DNA from: a virus
Direction: 5' to 3' (one strand)
IMG/VR virus record: IMGVR_UViG_3300046501_000246
Length of the DNA: 64,000 nt
The notes below the pieces were generated by a model. The model had not been told where the DNA came from and did not search any database. It worked only from the letters and a program-made list of their open reading frames with translations. Shown here in pieces: positions 9,495 to 19,726 of this stretch. The stretch's first letter is position 1, and each line of letters begins with the position of its first letter. Position numbers and translations under genes: made by a program.

Positions 9495-12400
9495 TTATCT
9501 CTTATTGCCTGCGGCAGCTGATGAGCCGTAACGGCTTTCAATTGCTTTGTTTAGGCCTGTTCCGCCCTTGGAAATATCTTTCGCTACGCTATCTTTGATT
9601 TGTTCAAGAAGAACATTCACATCTAGAGAACCGTCTGAGTTCTGCTTAGTTGATGTGGTCGCGGTAGCATTAGTTCCATTATTTACAATGCTTATATTAA
9701 CTTTAGGCTGAACAAAAACAGATGAAGATGAAGCCTGAACCGCACCACTAGCTTGAACACCTAATGAACCATCAGCCGCTCTTTTCAGAGGTATAATCGC
9801 TTCAGGTCCAGCCTCGCCCATTAAGCCAGTTTTATTTCCTGACATTTCAAACATGGTAGGTGAAGTAACTATACCATTGTTTGAACCGTTTGTCAAGCCC
9901 CCATTAGCAAAAGGAATGACATTTCCTGAATTAAATGCTCCACCTTTGGCGTAAGTCATTGGCGTGGAAATAGCAGTCGCACCGCTTCCGAGATTAAATC
10001 CTCCGAATGAACTTCCGCCTCCAAACATCCCACCCATTATACCAGATAATGCTTGAATGATTGGCTGAATTACAGTGTAACGAATGACAATTCTTGCGAT
10101 ATCACCTAAGATGCTTTGAGCTAAGGATTTGAAATCCATTTTACCAGTTGTGACCCAATCGGTTAAAGCGTCTTCAAGTCCGCCGAAAGCATTTGATACA
10201 GCACCCGCAACATCGTTGGTGAAATCCTCGGATGTTTTGGTTAGATCGGTCAAACCTTTATTGATACCGGCAATCCATGGGGAACTACCAGCTGAAGCCG
10301 CTTCAGAATATTGCTTCTTCAGCCTTGTCAATAGCTCAGTGTACTCCTGAAGGTTACCAGTATTGGCAAATTCTTGATCAAGAAGCTGCTTTTTCTTGGT
10401 AAATTCATCAAGGGCAGTGGTTGAAGGCATAAGCTCGCTGCGAAGCTTCTCAAAGTCAGATTGGAACTGACTCGTGCCTGCGGCTACATCACCATATTGG
10501 GCTTTTAATTTTTCCAACGCGGTGTTATACTCAGACTGAGTCATCTGCCCCTTCTTGAGCATTTTCTCAAGAGCTTCTTGGGCTTTATTGTATTGGACCG
10601 TCTTTTTTGTCGCGTCATCCAGATACGAAGAAGCTGCGCCTCCGGTGTGATCTACTTTTGGCTTTCCTCCACCAGCAGCCGCTTTTTCAGCTTCTTTTAG
10701 TTGCTTCTGTAAGTTAGCAATAGCATTATTTCTGCTATCCGCAGTACCGTAGCTAGACTTATTGATAGCCGCAATTCTGTCTCTAAGGTCGTTGATCTTC
10801 TTAGATGAAGTATCAGCTGCATCGCCATACTCTTCCAAGTCCTTCTTGATCTTATCGCCTGCATCACTTTGTGTTTGGGCGCGTTCAACCGCTTTGACAG
10901 AATTACCAATTCCGTCAAGTGATTTCTTATATGCTTGACCAGCTTGCGCCAAGGCTTGAATTGCACCAGCAGGATCAGTTTTGGCGGTTGCGTTAATAGT
11001 TTTTACAGTGTTGGCGTATGACTCTTCAGCTGCATCGAAATCCTGTGAAAATTTAGCAGCCGCTTTAGAGCGGTTTAATTCAGCGATTGCTTTGTTAGCT
11101 CTAGAGGCGGCTGAAGCTACAGCATCGGCCATACCAGAAGCCGCAGTCGCGACAGCATTCATTTGGCCTACTGCATTACTGGAATTCATGCTACCAAACG
11201 TATCTTGAATAATTTTCAACTTCTCGTTGGCATATTCACTCTCTTTGCCAGCGATAGATACGGCGTTGTTGTAGTTTAGAATTGCAGCAGACAACGCTTG
11301 AGCATTCTCGGACTTCCATTCGGTATTTGCTATCTTCATAGCAAAATCGTCCATGTTACCGCCAGTCTCTTTAATGACTGCCTGTACATCTCTAAATTGC
11401 TTCAGCAGTCCGTTAAATTCAGCACCACCTCCCGCTCTACCTTGACCAGCAACAAGTTGTTGTAACGCAACGCCAGCATCATTGGCAGCTTTTTGACTAT
11501 CTAAAAGGGCTTGCTTAACTTTTTGCTGCTCGCTAATAAGCTGCGCACCAGTGTACATAGCCACTGAATCTCTATATCGATCCAGAGAGGCGGTAGACAT
11601 ATCTACAACTGTAGTGAATTTTTCTGCGCTCTCACTTGAAGTTAACCAATAAGTTCCTACAACCCCAAGCAGGCCAATGACAATACCGATAGGTCCAGAA
11701 AGAGCTTCAGCCGCAGCCGCAGCAAAGCCAAACGTTCGGGCAGCTAATGTTGCAGTATTGGAAGCGGCAGAAAAATTAGCAAATGCACTAATTAAATCTT
11801 TCAGACCAAAGCTCATACCTTTCATTTTCGCGATAGCTTCAAGAGTAGAAACAGCAAACGATTGGAAATATCTGGCAATATTTACGGCTAGTAAGATCTT
11901 CAGTCCATCAATCACGTAATCGATATTTTTAATCAGGAAGGCTAAGACAGAACCTAAAGCCTCTACAGCCTTGCCAGTTCTTTCTCCGAACTGAGAAGCA
12001 AAACTTAGAAATTCGGGCGCAGAAATGGCGTCTCTAACTTTGGCAAAAGCAGCACCGAGAGCTTCCATAGCTCCGCTCTGACCGATAATCACTTGTAGAT
12101 CATAGACAGCATCATAAAGCAAGTTGAACTGAGCCACCGCACCTTTAAGAGCGAACTGTAGCGAGCCTCCATAAGTCTTTTGTACTTCCGCAGCAAACTT
12201 AGGGAGGGCTTCAGATGAAAGAATATTACCAGCCTTAAGCATGTCTTGAAGCTTGGCAGTATTTACACCTAATGCGCGAGCCATCAAGTTTACGCTACCT
12301 GGGAGTTGCTCGCCTAGCTGTCTACGGAGTTCTTCACTACTCACGGTTCCTTTCGACATCATCTGTTCAAGTGCAAGTAGTGCTAATTTAGTTCTATCGC

Positions 12401-13769
12401 TTGAACGGTGTAGAACGGTCATAGCCGTAATTGTGGACTCGAAAATTTGTCTTGTCTGCTCAGTTGAGACACCAGCCAATTTAGATGATACTGAGAAGGA
12501 ACCAAACGATTCCTGAATGTCATCGATACGCTGGCCAAGTCGCTTCGCCATATCTTCGGTATAACGCATTTCTTCGCCGGTAGCTTGTAAGTTACCTTCG
12601 TTAACAGCGAGCAGTGTGCTCTTGAAAGCTGTGAAGCTCGTGTTGACATCGTAAATGGACTTAGATAATGTGCCGAGCGTGATAGAACCAATAAGGGTAC
12701 GGAATACCGACGCGGCTTGGAACGTGCCGCTGAAGGCGTTCTCTAAGCCACGAAGGTTCGTTGTCATACCAGAGGTTTGATTTGAGAACTTACCCCCACC
12801 AATGTTGCCGAGATTGGTTCTGAAGTTATTTAAAAATTTATTAGCTGTTCCAGCTGCCAATCCGATCTTTTCGATATAAGCCGCGATCTGTGGCGCGTTG
12901 ACTGGAACTTTTAAATTCCCCAACATCTTAACGAATGATTCTACGTTCTTAATCTGAGACGGTGTAGGGCCTTTGAAATTAGAAAAGGCTTGCGTAATCG
13001 CTGAAATAGAGCTTGTGCCGCTAATCGGCCTGAAGGTCGATAGGGCAGAAAATAGGTCACGAAGATTCTTAACGCTTGTAGAGCTAGGAGCCTTCATACC
13101 GCCGACAGCACTGCTTAAATTAATGATGCCTGTAATTAGTGAGCCACTTACGTTAGCCTTAGCGCCGCTGTTGTTTAACGCACTGAAGAAAGCTTTCATG
13201 TTAGACACAGCCTTCTCAGAAGGCGCGCGGAAACCGCCTAGAGCGTCACCTAGTTTAGTGATGCCAGCGAAATTTCCAGAGATACGAAGAAGGGGAGCGA
13301 CTTCCGAAAGAGAAGTACCAAATGTTTTTAAAGCATCAATCTTTGATGCGCTTGGGACTTTGAATCCAGCCAGTGAGGCGCTGATCTTATTAACGGATTC
13401 AGCAAAGTTCCCGCTAACATTGAAGCTGTTTAGCAGGGCCGGAATAGATGTGGCAAAAGTATTAATGTTTTTTAATGCAGCAGGGCTAGGCGCTTTTAAA
13501 TTTTTAAAAGCGTTGCCAATGCTGTTAATGCTCTTAACAGCAGCTGGATTGATATTGATGTTGTTGAGTTTGCCTAAGTCTTTAGCGAGCTTAGTAAAGT
13601 CGCCGCCAGAGGCACCACCCGCCATCAGTTTGGAGAAAGCGGCTTGGGCCTTGGCGTCTAGGTTGTCTAAACCTTTATTAATAGAAGAAATGGCCGAAAC
13701 AAACTTTTTCGCCCCCGCTTCGGCGCGAGAGGCGTCAATTTCGAAGCGTAAGGAAAATGTGTCGGCCAT
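9495..13769 (-). CDS. Tail tape measure protein
   Basis: 1424 aa Ala-rich helical protein; QMMSKGTVSSEELRRQLGE tape-measure motif; C-terminal MGEAGPEAIIPL. Confidence 0.95.
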   Translation of the reverse strand: MADTFSLRFEIDASRAEAGAKKFVSAISSINKGLDNLDAKAQAAFSKLMAGGASGGDFTKLAKDLGKLNNININPAAVKSINSIGNAFKNLKAPSPAALKNINTFATSIPALLNSFNVSGNFAESVNKISASLAGFKVPSASKIDALKTFGTSLSEVAPLLRISGNFAGITKLGDALGGFRAPSEKAVSNMKAFFSALNNSGAKANVSGSLITGIINLSSAVGGMKAPSSTSVKNLRDLFSALSTFRPISGTSSISAITQAFSNFKGPTPSQIKNVESFVKMLGNLKVPVNAPQIAAYIEKIGLAAGTANKFLNNFRTNLGNIGGGKFSNQTSGMTTNLRGLENAFSGTFQAASVFRTLIGSITLGTLSKSIYDVNTSFTAFKSTLLAVNEGNLQATGEEMRYTEDMAKRLGQRIDDIQESFGSFSVSSKLAGVSTEQTRQIFESTITAMTVLHRSSDRTKLALLALEQMMSKGTVSSEELRRQLGEQLPGSVNLMARALGVNTAKLQDMLKAGNILSSEALPKFAAEVQKTYGGSLQFALKGAVAQFNLLYDAVYDLQVIIGQSGAMEALGAAFAKVRDAISAPEFLSFASQFGERTGKAVEALGSVLAFLIKNIDYVIDGLKILLAVNIARYFQSFAVSTLEAIAKMKGMSFGLKDLISAFANFSAASNTATLAARTFGFAAAAAEALSGPIGIVIGLLGVVGTYWLTSSESAEKFTTVVDMSTASLDRYRDSVAMYTGAQLISEQQKVKQALLDSQKAANDAGVALQQLVAGQGRAGGGAEFNGLLKQFRDVQAVIKETGGNMDDFAMKIANTEWKSENAQALSAAILNYNNAVSIAGKESEYANEKLKIIQDTFGSMNSSNAVGQMNAVATAASGMADAVASAASRANKAIAELNRSKAAAKFSQDFDAAEESYANTVKTINATAKTDPAGAIQALAQAGQAYKKSLDGIGNSVKAVERAQTQSDAGDKIKKDLEEYGDAADTSSKKINDLRDRIAAINKSSYGTADSRNNAIANLQKQLKEAEKAAAGGGKPKVDHTGGAASSYLDDATKKTVQYNKAQEALEKMLKKGQMTQSEYNTALEKLKAQYGDVAAGTSQFQSDFEKLRSELMPSTTALDEFTKKKQLLDQEFANTGNLQEYTELLTRLKKQYSEAASAGSSPWIAGINKGLTDLTKTSEDFTNDVAGAVSNAFGGLEDALTDWVTTGKMDFKSLAQSILGDIARIVIRYTVIQPIIQALSGIMGGMFGGGSSFGGFNLGSGATAISTPMTYAKGGAFNSGNVIPFANGGLTNGSNNGIVTSPTMFEMSGNKTGLMGEAGPEAIIPLKRAADGSLGVQASGAVQASSSSVFVQPKVNISIVNNGTNATATTSTKQNSDGSLDVNVLLEQIKDSVAKDISKGGTGLNKAIESRYGSSAAAGNKR

Positions 13770-14179
13770 TATTTATTCTTCTTTATTTTATTAGCAGTTT
13801 CATCAGCCAACCTTTTCTTTTTATCCTTTTCGTAATAATCCTCTATCCAAAGACTATCCAAAAGTTTTACAAAGTCGGCAAAATCTATTTTTTTCCTGTA
13901 ATCATCTATGCCATAGAGTTGACAATAATTGTTGATTTCGGAAAAAGAAATGTGCATCGGGCCAGCCATTCCGGCAGGTCTGGAAGCAGAAAGAATTAAA
14001 AATCCTTCCCAAACCCAAATCAAATCCTCAAAAAGTGTAGGCCCTTCTTCTTTGACTTCCTGTACTTCTACAGGAAGTCCTTTTTCTCTTCGTACCTTAG
14101 CTATCCATTCATTATCTTTTTTGGAGATTTTATGATTGACTTTGGATAGTGAATAGTTAAGGTATTCTGTTAGTTTTTT
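13769..14179 (-). CDS. Tail assembly chaperone GT extension, reached by -1 frameshift
   Basis: The -1 frame from the slippery site is open (KLTEYLNYS...EDLIWVWEGF) to the stop at 13769. Confidence 0.8.
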   Translation of the reverse strand, partial: KKLTEYLNYSLSKVNHKISKKDNEWIAKVRREKGLPVEVQEVKEEGPTLFEDLIWVWEGFLILSASRPAGMAGPMHISFSEINNYCQLYGIDDYRKKIDFADFVKLLDSLWIEDYYEKDKKKRLADETANKIKKNK

Positions 14180-14571
14180 TCTGCTTCTGCCTTGTTCTGC
14201 ACTTTGAACGCGTCATCATCAGTTACGAGCTTGGCAATTAGGTTGCGGAATTCGCGGTACTTAGTTAGCTGCTCTTCGGCGGTCTTGATGCTGAAAGGAA
14301 GATCAGTTTCTTCATCTTCTTCTGTAAAACCTTCCCAATCAACGACAATGGCCTGAGCCATCTGGCGGATAAGTAGGCCTTCCTGTTCGCCCTGTGGGAT
14401 ACCTTTACCGGAACGCTTCATGGCTAGGTAAGGGGCTTCAAGAGCTTCACGGACTTCCTGTGAGCGCTTGCTCTGGAAAGAACGGAGCTTAATGCGAGCC
14501 TTTTCGCCAAGTTCGAACCACTTACCAGTTTCTTCAGATTCAACGTCGGTAGCAAATGTAGAGAATTTCAT
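14170..14571 (-). CDS. Tail assembly chaperone G
   Basis: Between tail tube and TMP; ends GAA AAA AAC TAA. Confidence 0.85.
   Translation of the reverse strand: MKFSTFATDVESEETGKWFELGEKARIKLRSFQSKRSQEVREALEAPYLAMKRSGKGIPQGEQEGLLIRQMAQAIVVDWEGFTEEDEETDLPFSIKTAEEQLTKYREFRNLIAKLVTDDDAFKVQNKAEAEKN
14173..14179 (-). other. -1 programmed frameshift slippery heptamer A AAA AAC
   Basis: X XXY YYZ heptamer just before the G stop; the -1 frame joins the downstream ORF. Confidence 0.8.
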
Positions 14572-14763
14572 GTTTTCGGGTTTCCTATTATATTAAAATT
14601 TCGGGTTATTAATTGAGACAAAAATGGCGGCGGCACCCGACAACCCCCGCCATTTCCTATTAAGCCTCTTGGCTTAAATTTTTAATCATTGGTCAGACTG
14701 AGAAGTAGTCCGAGAGGCGACCCACTAGTCCCGCCGCCCCCGCCTGTAGGAGGCGAGACCGCA

Positions 14764-16611
14764 TCAGGAGCAGACGTTACTCACGTCGCTCCATCTATCG
14801 ATCTGGAACATAGTTCCGGTCGAAGCATCACGGAAAGCAACGAATTCAAGAGGTTCAACAACGTCTTGGTCAATACCCTGAGCCGCAATGTTATCGCTTG
14901 AGAACTTAACAGCTGGTAGGGTGTACTTGTAGGTGTTACCGTCAACGTCAGTAAACTTGAAAGCCAATGAAGACGTTTCGTGGTTAATGAAGTCGTCGTA
15001 GAATGGGCTACCAGCTTCAAAGTAAGCCGTAACAGTTCCGGTTAGGTTGAAACGGCCTGTACCGATACCACGAGCGAACTTAGAACCAACGGCGGGCTGC
15101 TGACGCAGTGTAGCATCGCCCTGAAGAGCAATTGACTGAAGGGCTGAAGAAAGTTCAACACCATCTTTTTCAATCGAGCCAACGTTAGTCGTAGCGTTCA
15201 TAACTTCCGTACCAGTCGAACGAAGTGGAGTATAAGGAGAAAGAGCCAACTTAGAAACGTTGGTGATCTGACGCTTAGTTTCCTTACCTTCGAATGAGTA
15301 AGTACCGGTAACGATGGCACCAGAGCTTACGTCCATTGAGAACGAACCAACACGTAGACCGTTGTGAACGAAGAACTGGTTAACGTCGTTGTAGGCTGAT
15401 TCAGCAGAGAAGCTTTGAGCTACGATTTGCTGGTGAGGCAGTGATCCGGTCCCGTCAGGGTTACGAAGCATTGAACCTTTAATAGTTACACCAACAGTAC
15501 CGCCGTTAGCGTCTGTAGCTGGTGCAGGGAAAACAGTTAGAACGTCATCAGCAACGGCTAGGATTTTGAAGAAACCTCCAGAAGCTAGACCACCGCTGAA
15601 GTTAGTTGTAACAGCATTGGTAGAAACGTCAGCAAGTGTGCCGCCAGTTCTACGAAGATTGGTTACAGTAACTGTGGCAGTTGATACAGTAGCTTTAGCC
15701 TGAAGACGACCGTCTACGCGAGCTTGGTTGATAGCAGCAGCGATGTTAGTAGCAGTTACAGAACCGGAACCACCGAGCGTTACAATCTGGTTACCGGCTG
15801 TTGCGCCGCCATCTGAAGATACTTCGAAAATAACTTGGTTCAGACCGTCGTACACAGTGAATGTGTCGTGGTTAGAAGCATTAGTCGTGAAGTTGATCGT
15901 ACCTGACTCGCGGCCTGAAGCGTTATCTACATAGATGTTCTGACCGGCGACAAGGTTGCCAGCTGTAATTGCAGCGGCGAAAGCATTTGTACCATTTGAG
16001 TCGATAGTAGAAGCGCCGCTAGTTCCGAAACGAATAGCGGTATTGTTAAGAATAATGACATCGTTAGCATCTTGAACCTTCGTGAACGCTGTACCGGCTT
16101 CAACAACCGCAGTCGTTGTAGTCACAGTAATTTGAGTTGAACCGCCTGAGAAACCAAGAGCAGAAATTTCTACGTACTTGTTGTTTAGCGGGTTCAAGAA
16201 ACCAGAGGTCTTTAGGCGACGGCCAACAGTAAAGTAATCACGGAAATCGCCACCAGCAATCGTGAGAATGTTATTAGCAGTCCAAGAAACACCAACACCC
16301 TTGAAGAAGTCAAACTCCATTGGGCGGCTCCAAAGGCCGAGCACGAAAGCTTGCATAAGAATGTCGTGGGAGCCCGCGCTGAATTCGTAGTTAATGTCAC
16401 CGCTTGTAGAAGCAGAAACTTCAACAACCGAGCTAACCATACGGTCGGCACGAAGTTCGTCAGAAACAACAGTTTCTTTAGCAGCTGCTAGAGAGTGTGA
16501 AGTGATACGAATTTCACGAGTCTTACCAGAAGCGGGCGTCGTGCCCCAAGTAAGATTGTTTTCTTGAATGATGCGAATGCTATCGCGGTTGCTATCAGCA
16601 AAGTTGGCCAC
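14764..16611 (-). CDS. Major tail tube protein with inserted beta-rich domains
   Basis: GTG start with GGAGA RBS; N- and C-terminal tube motifs (IVSDELRADR-like; GRFNLTGTVTAYF). Confidence 0.85.
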   Translation of the reverse strand: MANFADSNRDSIRIIQENNLTWGTTPASGKTREIRITSHSLAAAKETVVSDELRADRMVSSVVEVSASTSGDINYEFSAGSHDILMQAFVLGLWSRPMEFDFFKGVGVSWTANNILTIAGGDFRDYFTVGRRLKTSGFLNPLNNKYVEISALGFSGGSTQITVTTTTAVVEAGTAFTKVQDANDVIILNNTAIRFGTSGASTIDSNGTNAFAAAITAGNLVAGQNIYVDNASGRESGTINFTTNASNHDTFTVYDGLNQVIFEVSSDGGATAGNQIVTLGGSGSVTATNIAAAINQARVDGRLQAKATVSTATVTVTNLRRTGGTLADVSTNAVTTNFSGGLASGGFFKILAVADDVLTVFPAPATDANGGTVGVTIKGSMLRNPDGTGSLPHQQIVAQSFSAESAYNDVNQFFVHNGLRVGSFSMDVSSGAIVTGTYSFEGKETKRQITNVSKLALSPYTPLRSTGTEVMNATTNVGSIEKDGVELSSALQSIALQGDATLRQQPAVGSKFARGIGTGRFNLTGTVTAYFEAGSPFYDDFINHETSSLAFKFTDVDGNTYKYTLPAVKFSSDNIAAQGIDQDVVEPLEFVAFRDASTGTMFQIDRWSDVSNVCS

Positions 16612-16687
16612 TATTGTCTCCAAATATTTTGTTATTGTTATTAGATGGGGCTTTTAGTGGCCCAAACTTTTTCTAAATTTGAACTGC

Positions 16688-16716
16688 ATGATACTACAAT
16701 TTTTAAAAAAAGTCAA
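16688..16716 (-). promoter_or_regulatory. sigma70-like promoter with T/A-tract spacer
   Basis: TTGACT-ttttttaaaaattgtag-TATCAT (17-nt spacer). Confidence 0.75.
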
Positions 16717-16740
16717 GAAAAATCTTCTTTGTACAGAAAA

Positions 16741-16771
16741 TTAAACCCACTAAATTACTTAGTGGGTTTAA
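16741..16771 (-). terminator. Hairpin / probable terminator
   Basis: TTAAACCCACTAA-ATTAC-TTAGTGGGTTTAA inverted repeat after the 16800 gene. Confidence 0.65.
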
Positions 16772-16799
16772 CATTTTATTTTTGTAAAAGTTTAAGATA

Positions 16800-17657
16800 T
16801 TAAACTGATACGGTGTGCAGCGTAACGGTGTAAACTGAAGCAGAGTTAGGAGTGTAAGCGCCGTTCGTAACGAGATAGCCGTACACGTTAGCCGAAGCTA
16901 ATTTAATCTGCTTATTGATGTTTGTAACTTCACAATACAGAGTGGAACCTAGATCGGCTGGCGTGCCAAGATCGATATAACCAAGGAATGAAGACCTGTC
17001 ACCAGATGGCAAGTCCCAAGCAGCGTTATCGGCTAGGGCAGAAGGAGGAGTGACATTATAAAGATAAAGTCTGAAGTTTGTCATACCAGATGGGATGGCA
17101 GAAACATCAATTTCCAGCTGAGCACAAGTGATCAGAGTAGCAGCGCCAGAAACACCTACAGATGCGAAGGTTAGGGCAGCGGCTGTTGGGCCAACAACGT
17201 CATTCGCAGTATAAGCTGTGGTATCAGCAGGACGAGTCGCAGAAACAGCTACGTCAAAGGCTGAAGTTACTTGGTTAATTGGAACAGTTGCTTGGTCAGA
17301 AGCAAGAACTACAGCCAATGAAGCTGCGCTTGTCTTGGCACCAAGGGAAGCTGGAAGCAAAGCAATAAGTGAAGTTAGACGCTGAGCTACGCGCTGTAGA
17401 CGACCGTTCAAGCCGCTAGAAGCGGTATCTGAAGCTGGTGCGGTTTCGGTTACAATGCCAAGCTTAGCCTGAACGTCGTCATCGCTGGCGATGGTGACGG
17501 GAAGCGAAGCCGCTTTGTTGCCCTGACCCGGAGCTAGATCGGTAGCAGTACCGTCTGGACCTACAGTAAGTTTGACACGTTGAATAAGTACGCCGCCTAC
17601 GTCATCGGCACCGATGGTAACGCCTGTTCCGGGAGTTACTGTGATATTATCAGCCAT
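16800..17657 (-). CDS. Probable virion structural protein (Ala/Thr-rich)
   Basis: 285 aa with RBS GAGGT; repeated AASLxVxxASD motif; within the structural region. Confidence 0.6.
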   Translation of the reverse strand: MADNITVTPGTGVTIGADDVGGVLIQRVKLTVGPDGTATDLAPGQGNKAASLPVTIASDDDVQAKLGIVTETAPASDTASSGLNGRLQRVAQRLTSLIALLPASLGAKTSAASLAVVLASDQATVPINQVTSAFDVAVSATRPADTTAYTANDVVGPTAAALTFASVGVSGAATLITCAQLEIDVSAIPSGMTNFRLYLYNVTPPSALADNAAWDLPSGDRSSFLGYIDLGTPADLGSTLYCEVTNINKQIKLASANVYGYLVTNGAYTPNSASVYTVTLHTVSV

Positions 17658-17664
17658 TTTTAAA

Positions 17665-17865
17665 TTACCTCGTTAAGATTAAAAGTAGGCCAATTGGCGT
17701 ACCTAAAGTTTCTGGAGGGTTAACCACAGGTGTAAGCGGCTTCCGTCCTGATTTTTTGTTATTTTTCTTCGGAGAAACTTCTCTAAAGGGTTCTGTAGAT
17801 ATTTGATCCGTGAATACAATTCGTTTATTCGCCGGATTATACCTGATGTTTTTAGGCGTGCCCAT
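17665..17865 (-). CDS. Hypothetical basic protein
   Basis: ORF downstream of the promoter at 17899-17926. Confidence 0.5.
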   Translation of the reverse strand: MGTPKNIRYNPANKRIVFTDQISTEPFREVSPKKNNKKSGRKPLTPVVNPPETLGTPIGLLLILTR

Positions 17866-17898
17866 GATATATAATCCAGTTTATAATTTATTGATTTC

Positions 17899-17926
17899 AT
17901 TATACCATAATTTTTTAAAAAGTCAA
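17899..17926 (-). promoter_or_regulatory. sigma70-like promoter
   Basis: TTGACT-ttttaaaaaattatgg-TATAAT. Confidence 0.75.
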
Positions 17927-17956
17927 GATAAAGTGATTTAATCCAAATTTTAAATA

Positions 17957-19663
17957 TTAAGAGGCTTCGTAACATCCAATATTGGCTGTACCGCCAGCAG
18001 ATAATGCGTTGCCAAACAAATCAATCGAACCTAGATTAATACTAAATAGTGAGTTAATATTCTGTCCCGCATTCTTGGCAGGAGAAGAAGACTGTAATTT
18101 ATATGGAGCTAGTGCTGCAATACTAAAGCCGTTGGTATTCCCAACTGGAACAGTACCTTGCAATAATGGATCACCGCTTACTGATACGTTAGTGCTTGTG
18201 ATAGTTTCTTGTGTAGAGAAAGCGCCACGCCACGCACCGATTGAGGTGTAAGTAGAAGCTCCCCATTTAATAGATACAGAAGCGACAGTGCTATAAAGAT
18301 TTCCTATAAACCTAATAGCAGGCGTTAAGCTTGTGGATGAGTTGATGAGTTTTGTCGTTGCGCCAGTTAGATAAAAAATGTTGTTACAGAAATACGTTGT
18401 TGTAAATTTATCTGGATTGGAGTAGACGTAAACACCATTAATCGAAGCAACACTGCTGTAGATCGTATTATTATAAATAGAATTTCCCGGTGCGGCTCTT
18501 GATGCTTCCGCTGTACCGATGAGGATGCCTCCCTTTGCGGTAGGAGCTTGTGTGCCATCATTCTCAGAAATATTGAATCGAATCGTATTACCACTCAACG
18601 CCAATACAGTTGAATCGTTGAACTGATAAAGCTGGTAGCCTGAGCCATAATTGTCGTGGCTGTAACAAAACTGGACAATGCAGTTCTGGCACCCGCCGTC
18701 GATATCAAAGCCTCCACCGTCAGACGTTCCAACGCCCGTTTTATTGTGGTGACTTTCGCAATACTGAATAACGGAGTTTGTGCACTCGTAGAACCAAATC
18801 CCTACCGGACCAGACGCGAAGGTATTGTTTGCGCCGTTGTTATATGCTTCGCAGAATTCAATTAATGCGTTGTTACACTGACCTAAAATAATACCGTTGC
18901 CACAGTGAGAAACTGTTATACCAGTCTTACCGGTGCAGTTATATACTTTACAATTTCTGACCACTGGATTTGTGTGACTTGCAGCATTAGCTACTAGGCC
19001 GTATAGTCCTTGAATTGTAAGACCATTGCCGGTATAATCGCCACAGTTACCGGTGCAATCATGTACAACGCAACTATCTATTAGGGGAGCGTCCCAACCC
19101 GAAGAAGAATTAGCGGCATACGCTGTATCGCCAGTATAAAGAGAAATACCATCAACCCCATAGCTAGAAACATCTAGTCTGAGGAGTGTAAGGCCTTTTA
19201 ATTTAGAATTGCTGAGTAGGTCGTTGACACAGCGAATACCAGTAGCCGTGCTAACAGTGGTTCCAGTGCCTACAAAAATTAAATCTTGAACAGTGACGTG
19301 ATGCGGATTAAGTAAATAAGCTCCGCTGTCACTGTTGCCTGAAGCTTGAATAGTCGCTTTGCCAGTGCCATAAGAACCGAATACCGTTACCGCTCCACTA
19401 ACTCCATAGTGCTGGCCTTCGACAAGCGTAAGAGCGCCTGAGAAAGTAGCTCCACCTTTAAAGAGCACCCAAGCTCCTGCCGGAATAGTCGCTCCATTCA
19501 CTTTGGAAAGAGTTTGCCAAGGTGTGGCAGGCGACAGTCCGCTATTTGAATCCGACCCGTTAGGGTCAACATAATAAATAGCTACGGGCTGAGAGACGCC
19601 CTTTTTCGCAACAGGTGCGCTAGAAGTAATAACGTTTTTTGTTTTCTTTCGACCTAGGGGCAT
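17957..19663 (-). CDS. Right-handed beta-helix (pectin-lyase-like) protein, probable depolymerase
   Basis: YYVDPNGSDSNSGLSPATPWQT motif and PbH1-like repeats; starts MPLGRKKTKN (alternative start 19669). Confidence 0.8.
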   Translation of the reverse strand: MPLGRKKTKNVITSSAPVAKKGVSQPVAIYYVDPNGSDSNSGLSPATPWQTLSKVNGATIPAGAWVLFKGGATFSGALTLVEGQHYGVSGAVTVFGSYGTGKATIQASGNSDSGAYLLNPHHVTVQDLIFVGTGTTVSTATGIRCVNDLLSNSKLKGLTLLRLDVSSYGVDGISLYTGDTAYAANSSSGWDAPLIDSCVVHDCTGNCGDYTGNGLTIQGLYGLVANAASHTNPVVRNCKVYNCTGKTGITVSHCGNGIILGQCNNALIEFCEAYNNGANNTFASGPVGIWFYECTNSVIQYCESHHNKTGVGTSDGGGFDIDGGCQNCIVQFCYSHDNYGSGYQLYQFNDSTVLALSGNTIRFNISENDGTQAPTAKGGILIGTAEASRAAPGNSIYNNTIYSSVASINGVYVYSNPDKFTTTYFCNNIFYLTGATTKLINSSTSLTPAIRFIGNLYSTVASVSIKWGASTYTSIGAWRGAFSTQETITSTNVSVSGDPLLQGTVPVGNTNGFSIAALAPYKLQSSSPAKNAGQNINSLFSINLGSIDLFGNALSAGGTANIGCYEAS

Positions 19664-19697
19664 GGTCATCTTTCTAAAATAAAAATTAAAGTTTATT

Positions 19698-19726
19698 AAA
19701 CTAACATAAATTTTTAAAAAAGTCAA
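19698..19726 (-). promoter_or_regulatory. sigma70-like promoter overlapping an upstream stop codon
   Basis: TTGACT-tttttaaaaatttatgt-TAGTTT; the TGA is the stop of 19723..20154. Confidence 0.65.

Noticed and set aside
4736-13794. Plus-strand ORFs antisense to tail genes (e.g. 12973..13794, 273 aa)
   Set aside because: Shadow frames of strongly biased minus-strand genes; no RBS or recognisable motifs.
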